In this document: in pieces, positions 35,203 to 43,371 of the stretch
Numbering within the stretch: position 1 is the first letter of the stretch
Layout: the number at the start of each line of letters is the position of its first letter
NCBI GenBank assembly: GCA_018902845.1
Contig: JAHIPV010000007.1
Coordinates: 6,989-70,988 of the forward strand
From: Patescibacteria group bacterium
Lineage (GTDB): Bacteria; Patescibacteriota; Microgenomatia; UBA12405
Direction: 5' to 3'
Length of the DNA: 64,000 nucleotides
Program-made: the position numbers and the translations under genes
Notes under the pieces: model-generated
What the model saw: only the letters and a program-made list of their open reading frames with translations
Database searches by the model: none
Told to the model about the DNA's origin: nothing

Positions 35203-36421
35203 TTTGTAATTTTTCCATAAGGATTGAATAAAAACGTAAGTTGTGTATAGTAGCTAATCTTCCGGCTGTCATATCTTTTATTTTAAAAAGATGGGCAAGA
35301 TAAGAACGAGTATATTTTGTGCATAACAAACAATCGCATGCAGTACTGACTGGCTTGGTATCTCTGTAGTACTTTTCTTTATTAGGAACAAAATAAGAAT
35401 AAAATTTTTCTTGCCTGATATTTATTTTGTTAATTGAATCGGCGTTATAAACATAAAGCCTTTTGTGTCTGGCGTCCCGAGTTGGCAATACGCAATCAAA
35501 GATTTGCCAACCAAGATCAACACAATTAACAATTTCATCCGGTTTGCCTATACCAAGACCGTAAAGCAAGTAGTTTTTTGGGCTGTATTTGGCAATAATT
35601 TTTGCTATATCGTAATTAAATTGCCCGTCTTTATCTAGAGGCCAACCGCCATATCCAAGACCATCAAAACCAATTTTAACTAGTTTTTGAGTGCATTCTT
35701 TTCTCAAGTCTAAATATTCCCCTCCCTGGACTACTCCGAGCAGGTATGGACGATTTTTTTTGTTTAATTTTTGCTGTTTACAGATTTTTTCGAATTCTTT
35801 TTTGCAAATTTTAGCCCAAAGAATGGTGCGATCAACTGTTTCTTTGGCTTTTTGATAATTGGCTGTAGGTGTGGTGAAATCGTCTAGTACTACCACCATA
35901 TCGGTTTTTAGGGACATTTGGATTTGGATGGATTTTTGTGGAGTAAAGAGCGTGTCAGTATTTTTTGTTTGTTTGAATTTTACCCCTTTGTCTGTAACTG
36001 AATTTTCTCCGCCAAATTTTTTGGCCAAAGACATGATTTGAAAACCACCCGAATCAGAGATTATTCCGTGAGACCACGACATGAAATTACTTATGCCTTT
36101 GTGTAGTTTTATTGTTTGGATACCGGGATTATTGTGAAGGTGGTAAGTATTGACCAGTATTCCCGGTGTGTGAGTAGATTCAATATCTTTTGAATCCAGA
36201 GTTTTTAGAACAGCACGAGTGGCATCCGGAAAAAATACGGGAAGAAGAATTTTTTTGCTTTTAATAGTTTTGAAGTATTTTTTTCTGGTGGGTTTGGGTG
36301 GCATTTGTATATTATAATATGTAGACTTGAGATTAGCCGGGGTGGTCCGCCACAGGCGGATAAACTTCATTGGTATGTAAAATTTTAATTTATGTTTTAT
36401 GTATATGTACTTAAAAGTCAA
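35189..36421 (-). CDS. tgt: queuine tRNA-ribosyltransferase (tRNA-guanine transglycosylase)
   Basis: VVQGGEYLDLR, LYGLGIGKPDEIV, Zn site CDCLLCTKYTRSYLAHL. Confidence 0.8.
   Translation of the reverse strand: MTFKYIYIKHKLKFYIPMKFIRLWRTTPANLKSTYYNIQMPPKPTRKKYFKTIKSKKILLPVFFPDATRAVLKTLDSKDIESTHTPGILVNTYHLHNNPGIQTIKLHKGISNFMSWSHGIISDSGGFQIMSLAKKFGGENSVTDKGVKFKQTKNTDTLFTPQKSIQIQMSLKTDMVVVLDDFTTPTANYQKAKETVDRTILWAKICKKEFEKICKQQKLNKKNRPYLLGVVQGGEYLDLRKECTQKLVKIGFDGLGYGGWPLDKDGQFNYDIAKIIAKYSPKNYLLYGLGIGKPDEIVNCVDLGWQIFDCVLPTRDARHKRLYVYNADSINKINIRQEKFYSYFVPNKEKYYRDTKPVSTACDCLLCTKYTRSYLAHLFKIKDMTAGRLATIHNLRFYSILMEKLQNESR
36336..36360 (+). repeat. 5' fragment of tRNA-Leu (gccggggtgg) fused to hairpin tccgccacaggcgga, immediately upstream of second GIY-YIG gene
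   Basis: gccggggtgg is identical to the first 10 nt of the tRNA-Leu(TAA) gene 300 bp downstream. Confidence 0.6.
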
Positions 36422-36634
36422 AAAGTAAAGAAATATTATAAGGGTTTGACTGGTGATTTAGACAAACGATTGAGGCAACATTATAATGGTAAATCACTGA
36501 CAACGAAAAGATATTTACCATTAGAATTAGTATTTGTTCAGATATGTGCAAATAGGTTAGAAGCTGGAAAACTTGAAAAGTATTTAAAATCTGGTATAGG
36601 TCGTGAAATAATGGGAGAAATTGTTGTAAAATAA
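36392..36634 (+). CDS. small GIY-YIG nuclease-domain protein (second copy, COG2827-like)
   Basis: FYVYVLKS...KYYKGLTGDLDKRLRQHYNG GIY-YIG motif; 80 aa; immediately followed by tRNA-Leu. Confidence 0.65.
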   Translation: MFYVYVLKSQKVKKYYKGLTGDLDKRLRQHYNGKSLTTKRYLPLELVFVQICANRLEAGKLEKYLKSGIGREIMGEIVVK

Positions 36635-36643
36635 AGATGTTTT

Positions 36644-36727
36644 GCCGGGGTGGCGGAATTGGTATACGCGCAAGACTTAAAATCTTGTGTCCCTTGGGAC
36701 GTGTGGGTTCGACTCCCACCTTCGGCA
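36644..36727 (+). tRNA. tRNA-Leu (anticodon TAA), long variable arm
   Basis: gccggggtggcggaattggtatacgcgcaagactTAAaatcttgtgtcccttgggacgtgtgggttcgactcccaccttcggca. Confidence 0.75.
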
Positions 36728-36730
36728 CAT

Positions 36731-36804
36731 CGGGGATTGGCGCAATTGGCTAGCGCGCACGGTTTGGGACCGTGAGGCTGCAGGTTCGAATCCTGTATCC
36801 CCGA
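36731..36804 (+). tRNA. tRNA-Pro (anticodon TGG)
   Basis: cggggattggcgcaattggctagcgcgcacggttTGGgaccgtgaggctgcaggttcgaatcctgtatccccga. Confidence 0.7.
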
Positions 36805-36805
36805 C

Positions 36806-36960
36806 TGATCCGCTGAAGGCGGAAAATCATAAATCTAAATTTTCAAATCCTAAATTCTAATATCTAAATTCTAAATAAATTCAAATATCTAAATTCAAAA
36901 TTCAAAATAAGTCCAAACATTAAAATTGAAACTTAGGATAAATTAGAAATTATAAAAATT
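36806..36960. repeat. AT-rich low-complexity spacer with degenerate tctaaatt / ttcaaaat repeats
   Basis: Direct reading between tRNA-Pro and tRNA-Gly. Confidence 0.6.
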
Positions 36961-36979
36961 TAGTTAAGAATTGTTTTAA

Positions 36980-37050
36980 GCGGGATTAGTTGAGCGGTTC
37001 AACATCACCCTTCCAAGGTGAAAAGATGGGTTCGACTCCCATATCCCGCT
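36980..37050 (+). tRNA. tRNA-Gly (anticodon TCC)
   Basis: gcgggattagttgagcggttcaacatcacccttTCCaaggtgaaaagatgggttcgactcccatatcccgct. Confidence 0.7.
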
Positions 37051-37061
37051 CTGATTTTTGA

Positions 37062-37144
37062 GCCAGGGTGCTGGAATTGGTAGACAGGCGTCGCTCAGAA
37101 CGGCGTGTCCTTTGGGCGTGTGGGTTCGACTCCCACCCTTGGCA
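37062..37144 (+). tRNA. tRNA-Leu (anticodon CAG), long variable arm
   Basis: gccagggtgctggaattggtagacaggcgtcgctCAGaacggcgtgtcctttgggcgtgtgggttcgactcccacccttggca. Confidence 0.7.
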
Positions 37145-37146
37145 CA

Positions 37147-37195
37147 GTGAAAAATTTTTCCGCCAGAGGCGGACTAAAGAATTTTTAATTTGTAC
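37147..37195 (+). repeat. ~48-bp post-tRNA repeat containing hairpin tccgccagaggcgga (copy 1)
   Basis: gtgaaaaatttttccgccagaggcggactaaagaatttttaatttgt is nearly identical to 37599-37648. Confidence 0.7.
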
Positions 37196-37228
37196 TTTTG
37201 TTTTTAAACATTGTATAATTAGGATTAA

Positions 37229-37471
37229 ATGATAGTTTCAGTTCAAGAATTGACTGTAGGTCCAAATTCATTAACACGGGAAGGCTTGGAAAGAAAGATT
37301 CAATGGGTAGTGGAAGCAAGAAAAGTTGGTGTAGATGTTGTATTGCCTTCGATTAAGGATATGCCCATTGAAGCCTTGGTGCTTGCAGAAAGAGCGGGGG
37401 TTTATGGACCAGGCCAAAGAATGGTAGCTTTGAGGAGGTTGGTAAATGATGAGGATGCGATGGAAAAATAG
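37229..37471 (+). CDS. hypothetical small protein (higher-GC, inside tRNA cluster)
   Basis: ORF only. Confidence 0.25.
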   Translation: MIVSVQELTVGPNSLTREGLERKIQWVVEARKVGVDVVLPSIKDMPIEALVLAERAGVYGPGQRMVALRRLVNDEDAMEK

Positions 37472-37524
37472 TAAAATAATTTTAGAGAGAATTTTTTGTG
37501 TGGATTTTGTATAATATATGTTAA

Positions 37525-37598
37525 GCCGAAGTAGCCAAGATGGTCACGGCACTGGTCTGAAAAACCTGGGATGTTGGTTCGAGTCCAACCTTCGGCAC
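37525..37598 (+). tRNA. tRNA, probably Phe (anticodon GAA) with one U-U mismatch in anticodon stem
   Basis: gccgaagtagccaagatggtcacggcactggtctGAAaaacctgggatgttggttcgagtccaaccttcggca; good acceptor and T-arms, imperfect anticodon stem. Confidence 0.45.
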
Positions 37599-37648
37599 GC
37601 TGAAAATTTTTTCCGTCAAAGGCGGACTAAAGAATTTTTAATTTGTGT
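37599..37648 (+). repeat. ~48-bp post-tRNA repeat containing hairpin tccgtcaaaggcgga (copy 2)
   Basis: ctgaaaattttttccgtcaaaggcggactaaagaatttttaatttgt. Confidence 0.7.
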
Positions 37649-37679
37649 GGAGTAAAGAGAAGGATTTTAGATTAAATAT

Positions 37680-37752
<73 letters not shown>

Positions 37753-37823
37753 CAGATTTCCCGTGATTTATATCGAGGAATGTTTATTTATGTATGTTTT
37801 TGGGTTAAAATAGATTAGTTTTT

Positions 37824-37900
37824 TGGGTCTGTGGCTCAGTTGGTAGAGCGCTCGGTTTACATCCGAAAGGTCGCAGGTTCGAGTCCTGCCAGACCCACCA
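37824..37900 (+). tRNA. tRNA-Val (anticodon TAC), CCA encoded
   Basis: gggtctgtggctcagttggtagagcgctcggttTACatccgaaaggtcgcaggttcgagtcctgccagacccacca. Confidence 0.8.
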
Positions 37901-37901
37901 A

Positions 37902-37983
37902 GCCGAGGTGGCGGAATTGGTAGACGCGCACGCTTGAGGGGCGTGTATTGAAAGATGTGCAGGTTCAACTCCTGTCCTCGGCA
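37902..37983 (+). tRNA. tRNA-Leu (anticodon GAG), long variable arm
   Basis: gccgaggtggcggaattggtagacgcgcacgcttGAGgggcgtgtattgaaagatgtgcaggttcaactcctgtcctcggca. Confidence 0.7.
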
Positions 37984-37987
37984 CTTT

Positions 37988-38058
37988 TGTCCGGTCGTCT
38001 AATGGTAGGACACTAGCCTTTGAAGCTGGTTATCGTGGTTCGAATCCATGCCGGACAA
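37988..38058 (+). tRNA. tRNA-Gln (anticodon TTG)
   Basis: tgtccggtcgtctaatggtaggacactagcctTTGaagctggttatcgtggttcgaatccatgccggacaa. Confidence 0.7.
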
Positions 38059-38277
38059 CAGAATTTGAAGTGTATTTTTTTCGGGTGTTATGGTGTTTGG
38101 GAAGGCGGTTGGGAAGGTTTGGGGGGCAGACTTATGGGTTGGGCTTCGAGTTTTCTTAAGATATCAAAATCAATGCTTTTGTAAGAGATAATTCCGGCGA
38201 TTGTAAGAAGAATAAATAATAAAGAGATGAGAATGGTGCTGATTGTGTTTGGTTTGTTTTGAGTCATAGATTGCTAA

Positions 38278-39618
38278 TTATAAATTAGTTTTGGAAATGG
38301 AATAAACGGTTGGGTAATAAAGAAATACGGTTGGGCATTCTTCTAATAAAGATTTTTGGAAGTCCAGGTATATTTGTTTTCTTTCTTGAATATCAAAGCT
38401 TTGTCTTCCCTCTTCGAGAAGTTTGTCTATTTTGGGGTTGTTTAGTTTGCTGATATTGTTTTGCTGGGTTGAATGCCAGAATAAATATTGATCCGGATCT
38501 TGAGGGATACTTCCGTAGGCAAGGATAACATCGAACTCATCGGTGTTTATTTGATTTTCAACGGAGATGTTGGTTTCGATATTTAGAACTGATTGCCATG
38601 AATTTTTGATTTCTTCGGCTAAAGGTAGTAATTTTCTATTGTTTAATGTAATATCGATTTTCTCGATTGGATTGTCTTTGAAAAGTTCTTTGGCTCTGTC
38701 TGGATTGTAGTCGTATGTTTTGACAGAGTTGTTGTAAGCCCATGAGTTTGGTGATATAGGGCTGATACACCTGTTTTCGTTATCATCGTTTTTGGGTGTA
38801 GCATAGGATAAAGCTTGGCGAAGTGATTTTGTTTCTAATTTTTTTGTGTTAAAAAAAACGGCAACGTAGTTTTGATTTGCTAATGATTGTGGAGAGATTT
38901 TTGTATTTGGCCATTTGTCCAGTTCTTTTGGTGAAGAAATATTTTCAATTTTATTAATTTCACCAAGTTTAAAGGCACTAATTAGGCTTTCTTCATTATC
39001 ATAAAAAGTAAATTTTATTTTTTTTTGTCCTTTTTTTACTCCCTGAAGAAGTATGTTTTTTATGTAGCCTCCTTTGTAGTTAATTTCTTCAACTTTATAT
39101 GGTCCGATACCTATCAGTTTTTTTTGGTTTTTAAAGAGAGGTTGTTTTAGGATAGACAAAAGCGGGCTAAATGGTTTTTCCAAGCTTATTTTAATTTTAT
39201 CTTTGGTAATTTTTTCTATTTTAGCCCCTGAAATTTTATAGTCTATATCTTCAACATTAAATTTTTGGCCATTGTGCCAGTAATGATCTGTATCAATTGT
39301 AAATATAAATTCTTTGTTGTCATTTTGGGTAGTCCAGTCTTTAAGAAGTGGAGAATTAATGGGTTTGTTGTTATTACTTTCTTGGGTCAACCCAAAACTG
39401 ATTAAATCAGTAATATTTGAGGGTAGATTTTGATAAGTATAAAGTCCGGCAATACCTATTTTTTCTGTTTTTAGGTTGGGAGAGTTAATGAAATTTTTAG
39501 CTAAAGGCAAGACTATAAAGAACAAGGACCCGATAAAGATGCCTATGATTAGAAAAAGAAAGTTCTTTTTTATAAAAGCACTTATTAGTTTGATTTTGAA
39601 GTAAATTTTTTTAAACAA
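38278..39618 (-). CDS. extracellular solute-binding protein (ABC transporter SBP family 5-like)
   Basis: N-terminal TM/signal; size and sequence style of oligopeptide-type SBP; weak. Confidence 0.4.
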   Translation of the reverse strand: MFKKIYFKIKLISAFIKKNFLFLIIGIFIGSLFFIVLPLAKNFINSPNLKTEKIGIAGLYTYQNLPSNITDLISFGLTQESNNNKPINSPLLKDWTTQNDNKEFIFTIDTDHYWHNGQKFNVEDIDYKISGAKIEKITKDKIKISLEKPFSPLLSILKQPLFKNQKKLIGIGPYKVEEINYKGGYIKNILLQGVKKGQKKIKFTFYDNEESLISAFKLGEINKIENISSPKELDKWPNTKISPQSLANQNYVAVFFNTKKLETKSLRQALSYATPKNDDNENRCISPISPNSWAYNNSVKTYDYNPDRAKELFKDNPIEKIDITLNNRKLLPLAEEIKNSWQSVLNIETNISVENQINTDEFDVILAYGSIPQDPDQYLFWHSTQQNNISKLNNPKIDKLLEEGRQSFDIQERKQIYLDFQKSLLEECPTVFLYYPTVYSISKTNL

Positions 39619-39826
39619 GAGTGGTTTGAATGATGGATGAAATTAAAAATAACATTATGGTTGTAATGGTGAATATGAATATCATTTTTTCCCATCCTCT
39701 TTTTTGGTTTTGAATAGGGGCAATGATGTTTGATTGGGAATTTTGATTACTGTTGTTTTGGAGAAAAACCAAAGAAGTTAAGAGAATGCTTAATACTATT
39801 TGGATGATTGTCAGGATATTTTTCAT
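39611..39826 (-). CDS. small membrane protein
   Basis: Two hydrophobic helices; ORF only. Confidence 0.3.
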   Translation of the reverse strand: MKNILTIIQIVLSILLTSLVFLQNNSNQNSQSNIIAPIQNQKRGWEKMIFIFTITTIMLFLISSIIQTTLV

Positions 39827-39828
39827 AA

Positions 39829-40245
39829 TTAGTTTTTTTTCTTTTTATAAAGAGTTTTTGTGAATAAATTGTAAATTAAATTGATAGTGATCGAACTGAC
39901 TAGATAGGCCCAGAAAGAATCAAATTTTAAGTCTGGGAAAGTGAAACCTTGCCAGGCGAAAGAGTTTATGTTGATGTTTTTTAGTTCAAAATTATGAATA
40001 AGAAAAACTGCTAAATATAATCCAAGAGTGTTTATGAGAATTCTTGTAGTCCCTAGGGTAATGATGGTTATAGGAAGAAGAAGTATTTTTATGATTGGTT
40101 TTATTATCGATTCAAAAATGCTTAAGATTAATGCTACTAAAATAATCGTAGTTAGTTTGTTTTGGAAATCAAGATTTTTCCAAATATAATTTGATGTTAT
40201 TAAGGTAAAGCTTAAAATCAGTATTTGTTTGAGTATTTTTCTCAT
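39829..40245 (-). CDS. hypothetical membrane protein
   Basis: Multiple TM helices; ORF only. Confidence 0.3.
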   Translation of the reverse strand: MRKILKQILILSFTLITSNYIWKNLDFQNKLTTIILVALILSIFESIIKPIIKILLLPITIITLGTTRILINTLGLYLAVFLIHNFELKNININSFAWQGFTFPDLKFDSFWAYLVSSITINLIYNLFTKTLYKKKKN

Positions 40246-42017
40246 TTTTTTTGTTTAACTAGTATTATACCGCCTAAGGTAAGTAGACCAATAATAATGA
40301 TTACGAAGCTCGTGGTGTTTTGGTGGTGTTGTGGATATGGAACTATTTGGGTTTGTTTTTCTTGACCTTGTATATTTAAGGTGAATTCGAGATTTTTATT
40401 TTTTGGTAATAAAGAAAGTATGGGATTAATTTTTGGAAGGTTAAACTCTAGACGGGAGAAAGGAGGCATGATGTCTATTTTTTGAGTCCAGTTTTGTTTT
40501 TTGATGGATAAATCGATGTTTTTTGTAGACGAAGAATTATTGTTTTGAATAATAACTTTTGTTCCGCCAAAGGCGGACTGTGCTGACGCTTGTTTGCTTT
40601 TACTTAAAAAAATGATTGGATCAGTATTTTCCGGATGAATGCGATGGTTGGCAAAATCGACTTTAATGCTTTTTTGTTGAGTTGAATTTTTGTATGATCC
40701 CGGAGGAGCGGGATACTGACTGTTGTGTCCGTGGATAACGAAGACAATGTGGTTTAGGTCGGTGTTAGAAAAATAGTCTATTCCTTCGGTTGTTTTTTCC
40801 CAGGTTGGATCGATTGTGATCCACGCATTTTTTTCTTTGTCCCAGAATTGAGGCCAGGCATGAAGAATATCGGTATTGATATTGACCGGTTTTAGTTCCG
40901 GTTTGTTGGTAAAAGCGTAGCCCTCTATTTCTTGGGCAGGGATTGTTTTGTTTCGGGCTAAAGTTATGAAAAGATCGGTAAATTCAGTGCAGAGAGAATT
41001 TGCTGGATTGATGAGTGCTGTTAGAGCGCCTTTTCTTTTGGCTTGATCGATTTGTTGGTAATCGTAATCAAGAGTGTTAACAACATATTGGTAAATGTCT
41101 TTGGCTGAGTGAAGATTGGAGTTTATCTTTTGGATATTAGGATCATTTACCGGCCAAAATTTTTGTTCTACGGTGAGTTTTTGAAAGTCAGGCGGATTGT
41201 CAAAAGAATAATCTATTGGGTGTACTTCAGCTTGACCGGTGACAATGATTTCTTTTTGAGTGTTGCTGTTTAATTGATATTCTGCCAGCCAGTTTCCGTC
41301 CAGGTCTGCGACAATGTTTTCCGGTGAAGGATCGATTTTAGTGATGATTATATTTTGTGTATTGGTATCAGGAGGAATAGGTATGGAGGTTCTTATGTTA
41401 TCTTGGGCTTTATTTTCAAGAAAAAATTTCAATTCAAAATCGAAAATTTGCGTGTTTCCAAACGCCATGGTAATTTTTTGTTTTTGTTTATTGTTGAAAA
41501 AAATTTCTTTGTAATTTTTTTGTTGTTTTATTTCATTTTTGACAGAACAAAAGACAAGATTGCCAAAATCATCCGGTATTTTTAGAGAGATTTGACTATT
41601 TGTTTCGTTTTGTTGTGGTAGATTAATTTCCCAAAGTTGTCCTTTTTGTTGGGCCAGACCAGGGATGGAATAGTTTATATTGAAGTTGGTTTTTTTGTTT
41701 TTTCCTGAAGTAGGATTATTAAATTTTATTTTTATAGTTGTGTTTTCTGCTGTTTTATCGGTACTTTGAATAATATCACCGTATGGATCTGATCCTTTTA
41801 TGTTTTCTATGTTTTGGCCAAAGATTTCCAGTAGATATTCCTTGGGATAGATGTTGGAGAAATTGTTAGTGATACTGATTTGGTGTATTACCTTGGCGTT
41901 GCCATGTTCGTCGATGGAGTAGGAAACTTTTTGGGTGGTGTTAAATTCATTATCAGTAGATAAAACTAAAATTGGATTTAGGAGAAAGAGAAGAAAGATA
42001 AGGATAAGTTTTTTCAT
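40242..42017 (-). CDS. secreted transglutaminase-like (Cys-His-Asp) domain protein with C-terminal TM anchor
   Basis: SLCTEFTDLFITLARNKTIPAQEIEGYAF...HAWPQFWD...IDPTW matches transglutaminase-like core; signal peptide; in-frame hairpin-B repeat at 40562-40580 (encodes ASAQSAFGG). Confidence 0.55.
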   Translation of the reverse strand: MKKLILIFLLFLLNPILVLSTDNEFNTTQKVSYSIDEHGNAKVIHQISITNNFSNIYPKEYLLEIFGQNIENIKGSDPYGDIIQSTDKTAENTTIKIKFNNPTSGKNKKTNFNINYSIPGLAQQKGQLWEINLPQQNETNSQISLKIPDDFGNLVFCSVKNEIKQQKNYKEIFFNNKQKQKITMAFGNTQIFDFELKFFLENKAQDNIRTSIPIPPDTNTQNIIITKIDPSPENIVADLDGNWLAEYQLNSNTQKEIIVTGQAEVHPIDYSFDNPPDFQKLTVEQKFWPVNDPNIQKINSNLHSAKDIYQYVVNTLDYDYQQIDQAKRKGALTALINPANSLCTEFTDLFITLARNKTIPAQEIEGYAFTNKPELKPVNINTDILHAWPQFWDKEKNAWITIDPTWEKTTEGIDYFSNTDLNHIVFVIHGHNSQYPAPPGSYKNSTQQKSIKVDFANHRIHPENTDPIIFLSKSKQASAQSAFGGTKVIIQNNNSSSTKNIDLSIKKQNWTQKIDIMPPFSRLEFNLPKINPILSLLPKNKNLEFTLNIQGQEKQTQIVPYPQHHQNTTSFVIIIIGLLTLGGIILVKQKK

Positions 42018-42077
42018 AGATATTTTAATATTAAAGCATATAGTTGACTTCGGGTATTGTTCGTGTATAGTTTATTT

Positions 42078-42702
42078 AATGACAAAGACGAATACTTTAT
42101 ATAAAAGGCAAAAAGAGGTGTTAGATTTTTTGGTTGGTGCAATAAATGATTTTGGTTGTGCTCCCACTTTAGTGGAAATAGCCAGTCATTTTGGCTTATC
42201 TTCCCTAGCCACCGTACACGAACATTTAAGCGCTTTAGAAAAGAAAGGCTTTATAAGGAGGTACAGTGGTGCGGTTAGAGGAATAGAGATTTTGGATGAG
42301 ACCAGGTTGATAAAAAATGCTTTTGCAGAATTGCCTATTTTGGGTTTTATTGCCTGTGGAGAACCAATCGAGCCCTATACTGATCCGAATGCTACTTTGA
42401 GTGTAGCAAGTGCTTCGGTTGGTTCGTCGGATGATTCTTATGTTTTGCAGGCCAAGGGAGATTCTATGATAGATGATGGAATCTTGAATGGCGATTATTT
42501 GGTGCTTAAGAAACAGCAAGAGGCTAATAACGGAGACATTGTGGTGGCGGTGTTAAACAATGGCTTTGCCACTTTAAAAAGGTTTTATAGGGAGGCTAAC
42601 CGGATTAGACTTCAGCCCGCCAATTCGACCATGTCCCCTATTTATGCGGTTGATGTAGAGATAAAAGGGAAGTTAGTGTCAGTTATTAGAAAATTTAGTT
42701 AG
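42078..42702 (+). CDS. lexA: LexA repressor (S24 peptidase)
   Basis: N-terminal wHTH (RQKEVLDFLVGAINDFGCAPTLVEIASHFGL), catalytic GDSM and Lys (KGKLVSVIRKF). ORF track start 41935 overlaps the upstream gene, so the Met at ~42078 is preferred. Confidence 0.7.
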
Positions 42703-43368
42703 ATGTTGTATTTGATTGCGGTACCGATTGGGAATTTGAAAGATATTAGTTTGAGAGCTTTGGAGTTGTTTGAAAAATTAGATGTGTTATTGTGTGAGGA
42801 TACTAGAAATACCGGAAAGTTATTGTCTTTGTTGGGGGTAAAAAATAAGCCAAGGTTGTTTTCGTTTTACGACGAAGTGGAGGAAGAAAAAATACCGCAA
42901 ATTATTAAGTTTTTAAAAGAAGGGTTGGAGGTGGGTTTGGTTAGTGATGCCGGAAGCCCGATTATTTCTGATCCGGGGTGGAAATTGATTGAAAGATGTA
43001 AAAAAGAAAAAATTTTTTATACTTGTTTGCCTGGAGTTAGTGCCGTTATTAATGCTTTGGTTCTTTCTGGTTTATCCCCTACTCCATTTTGTTTTTTGGG
43101 TTTTTTATCAAAAAAAATAGGTAAGAGAAAAAAGATTTTAGAGAAGTATAAGGATTTAAAAATTACTAAAGTGATATACGAGTCCCCGTTTAGATTGATG
43201 AAGTTGCTGGAGGAAGTTAAAGAGATTTTTGGAGATAATACCAAAGTTTCTGTTTGTAGAGAGATGACCAAGAAGTTTGAAGAAGTGGTAAGTGGTGGTG
43301 TAAAAGAAGTTTTGGGGAGATTTAAGGGTAAAAAAGTAAAAGGGGAATTGGTGGTTGTGGTTGAGTAG
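42703..43368 (+). CDS. rsmI: 16S rRNA (cytidine1402-2'-O)-methyltransferase RsmI (tetrapyrrole methylase family)
   Basis: MLYLIAVPIGNLKDISLRALE...LLCEDTR N-terminal signature. Confidence 0.7.
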   Translation: MLYLIAVPIGNLKDISLRALELFEKLDVLLCEDTRNTGKLLSLLGVKNKPRLFSFYDEVEEEKIPQIIKFLKEGLEVGLVSDAGSPIISDPGWKLIERCKKEKIFYTCLPGVSAVINALVLSGLSPTPFCFLGFLSKKIGKRKKILEKYKDLKITKVIYESPFRLMKLLEEVKEIFGDNTKVSVCREMTKKFEEVVSGGVKEVLGRFKGKKVKGELVVVVE

Positions 43369-43371
43369 GGT

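Noticed and set aside
37768-37968. 66-aa minus-strand ORF spanning the tRNA-Val/tRNA-Leu genes
   Set aside because: Antisense translation of tRNA genes; not a real CDS.
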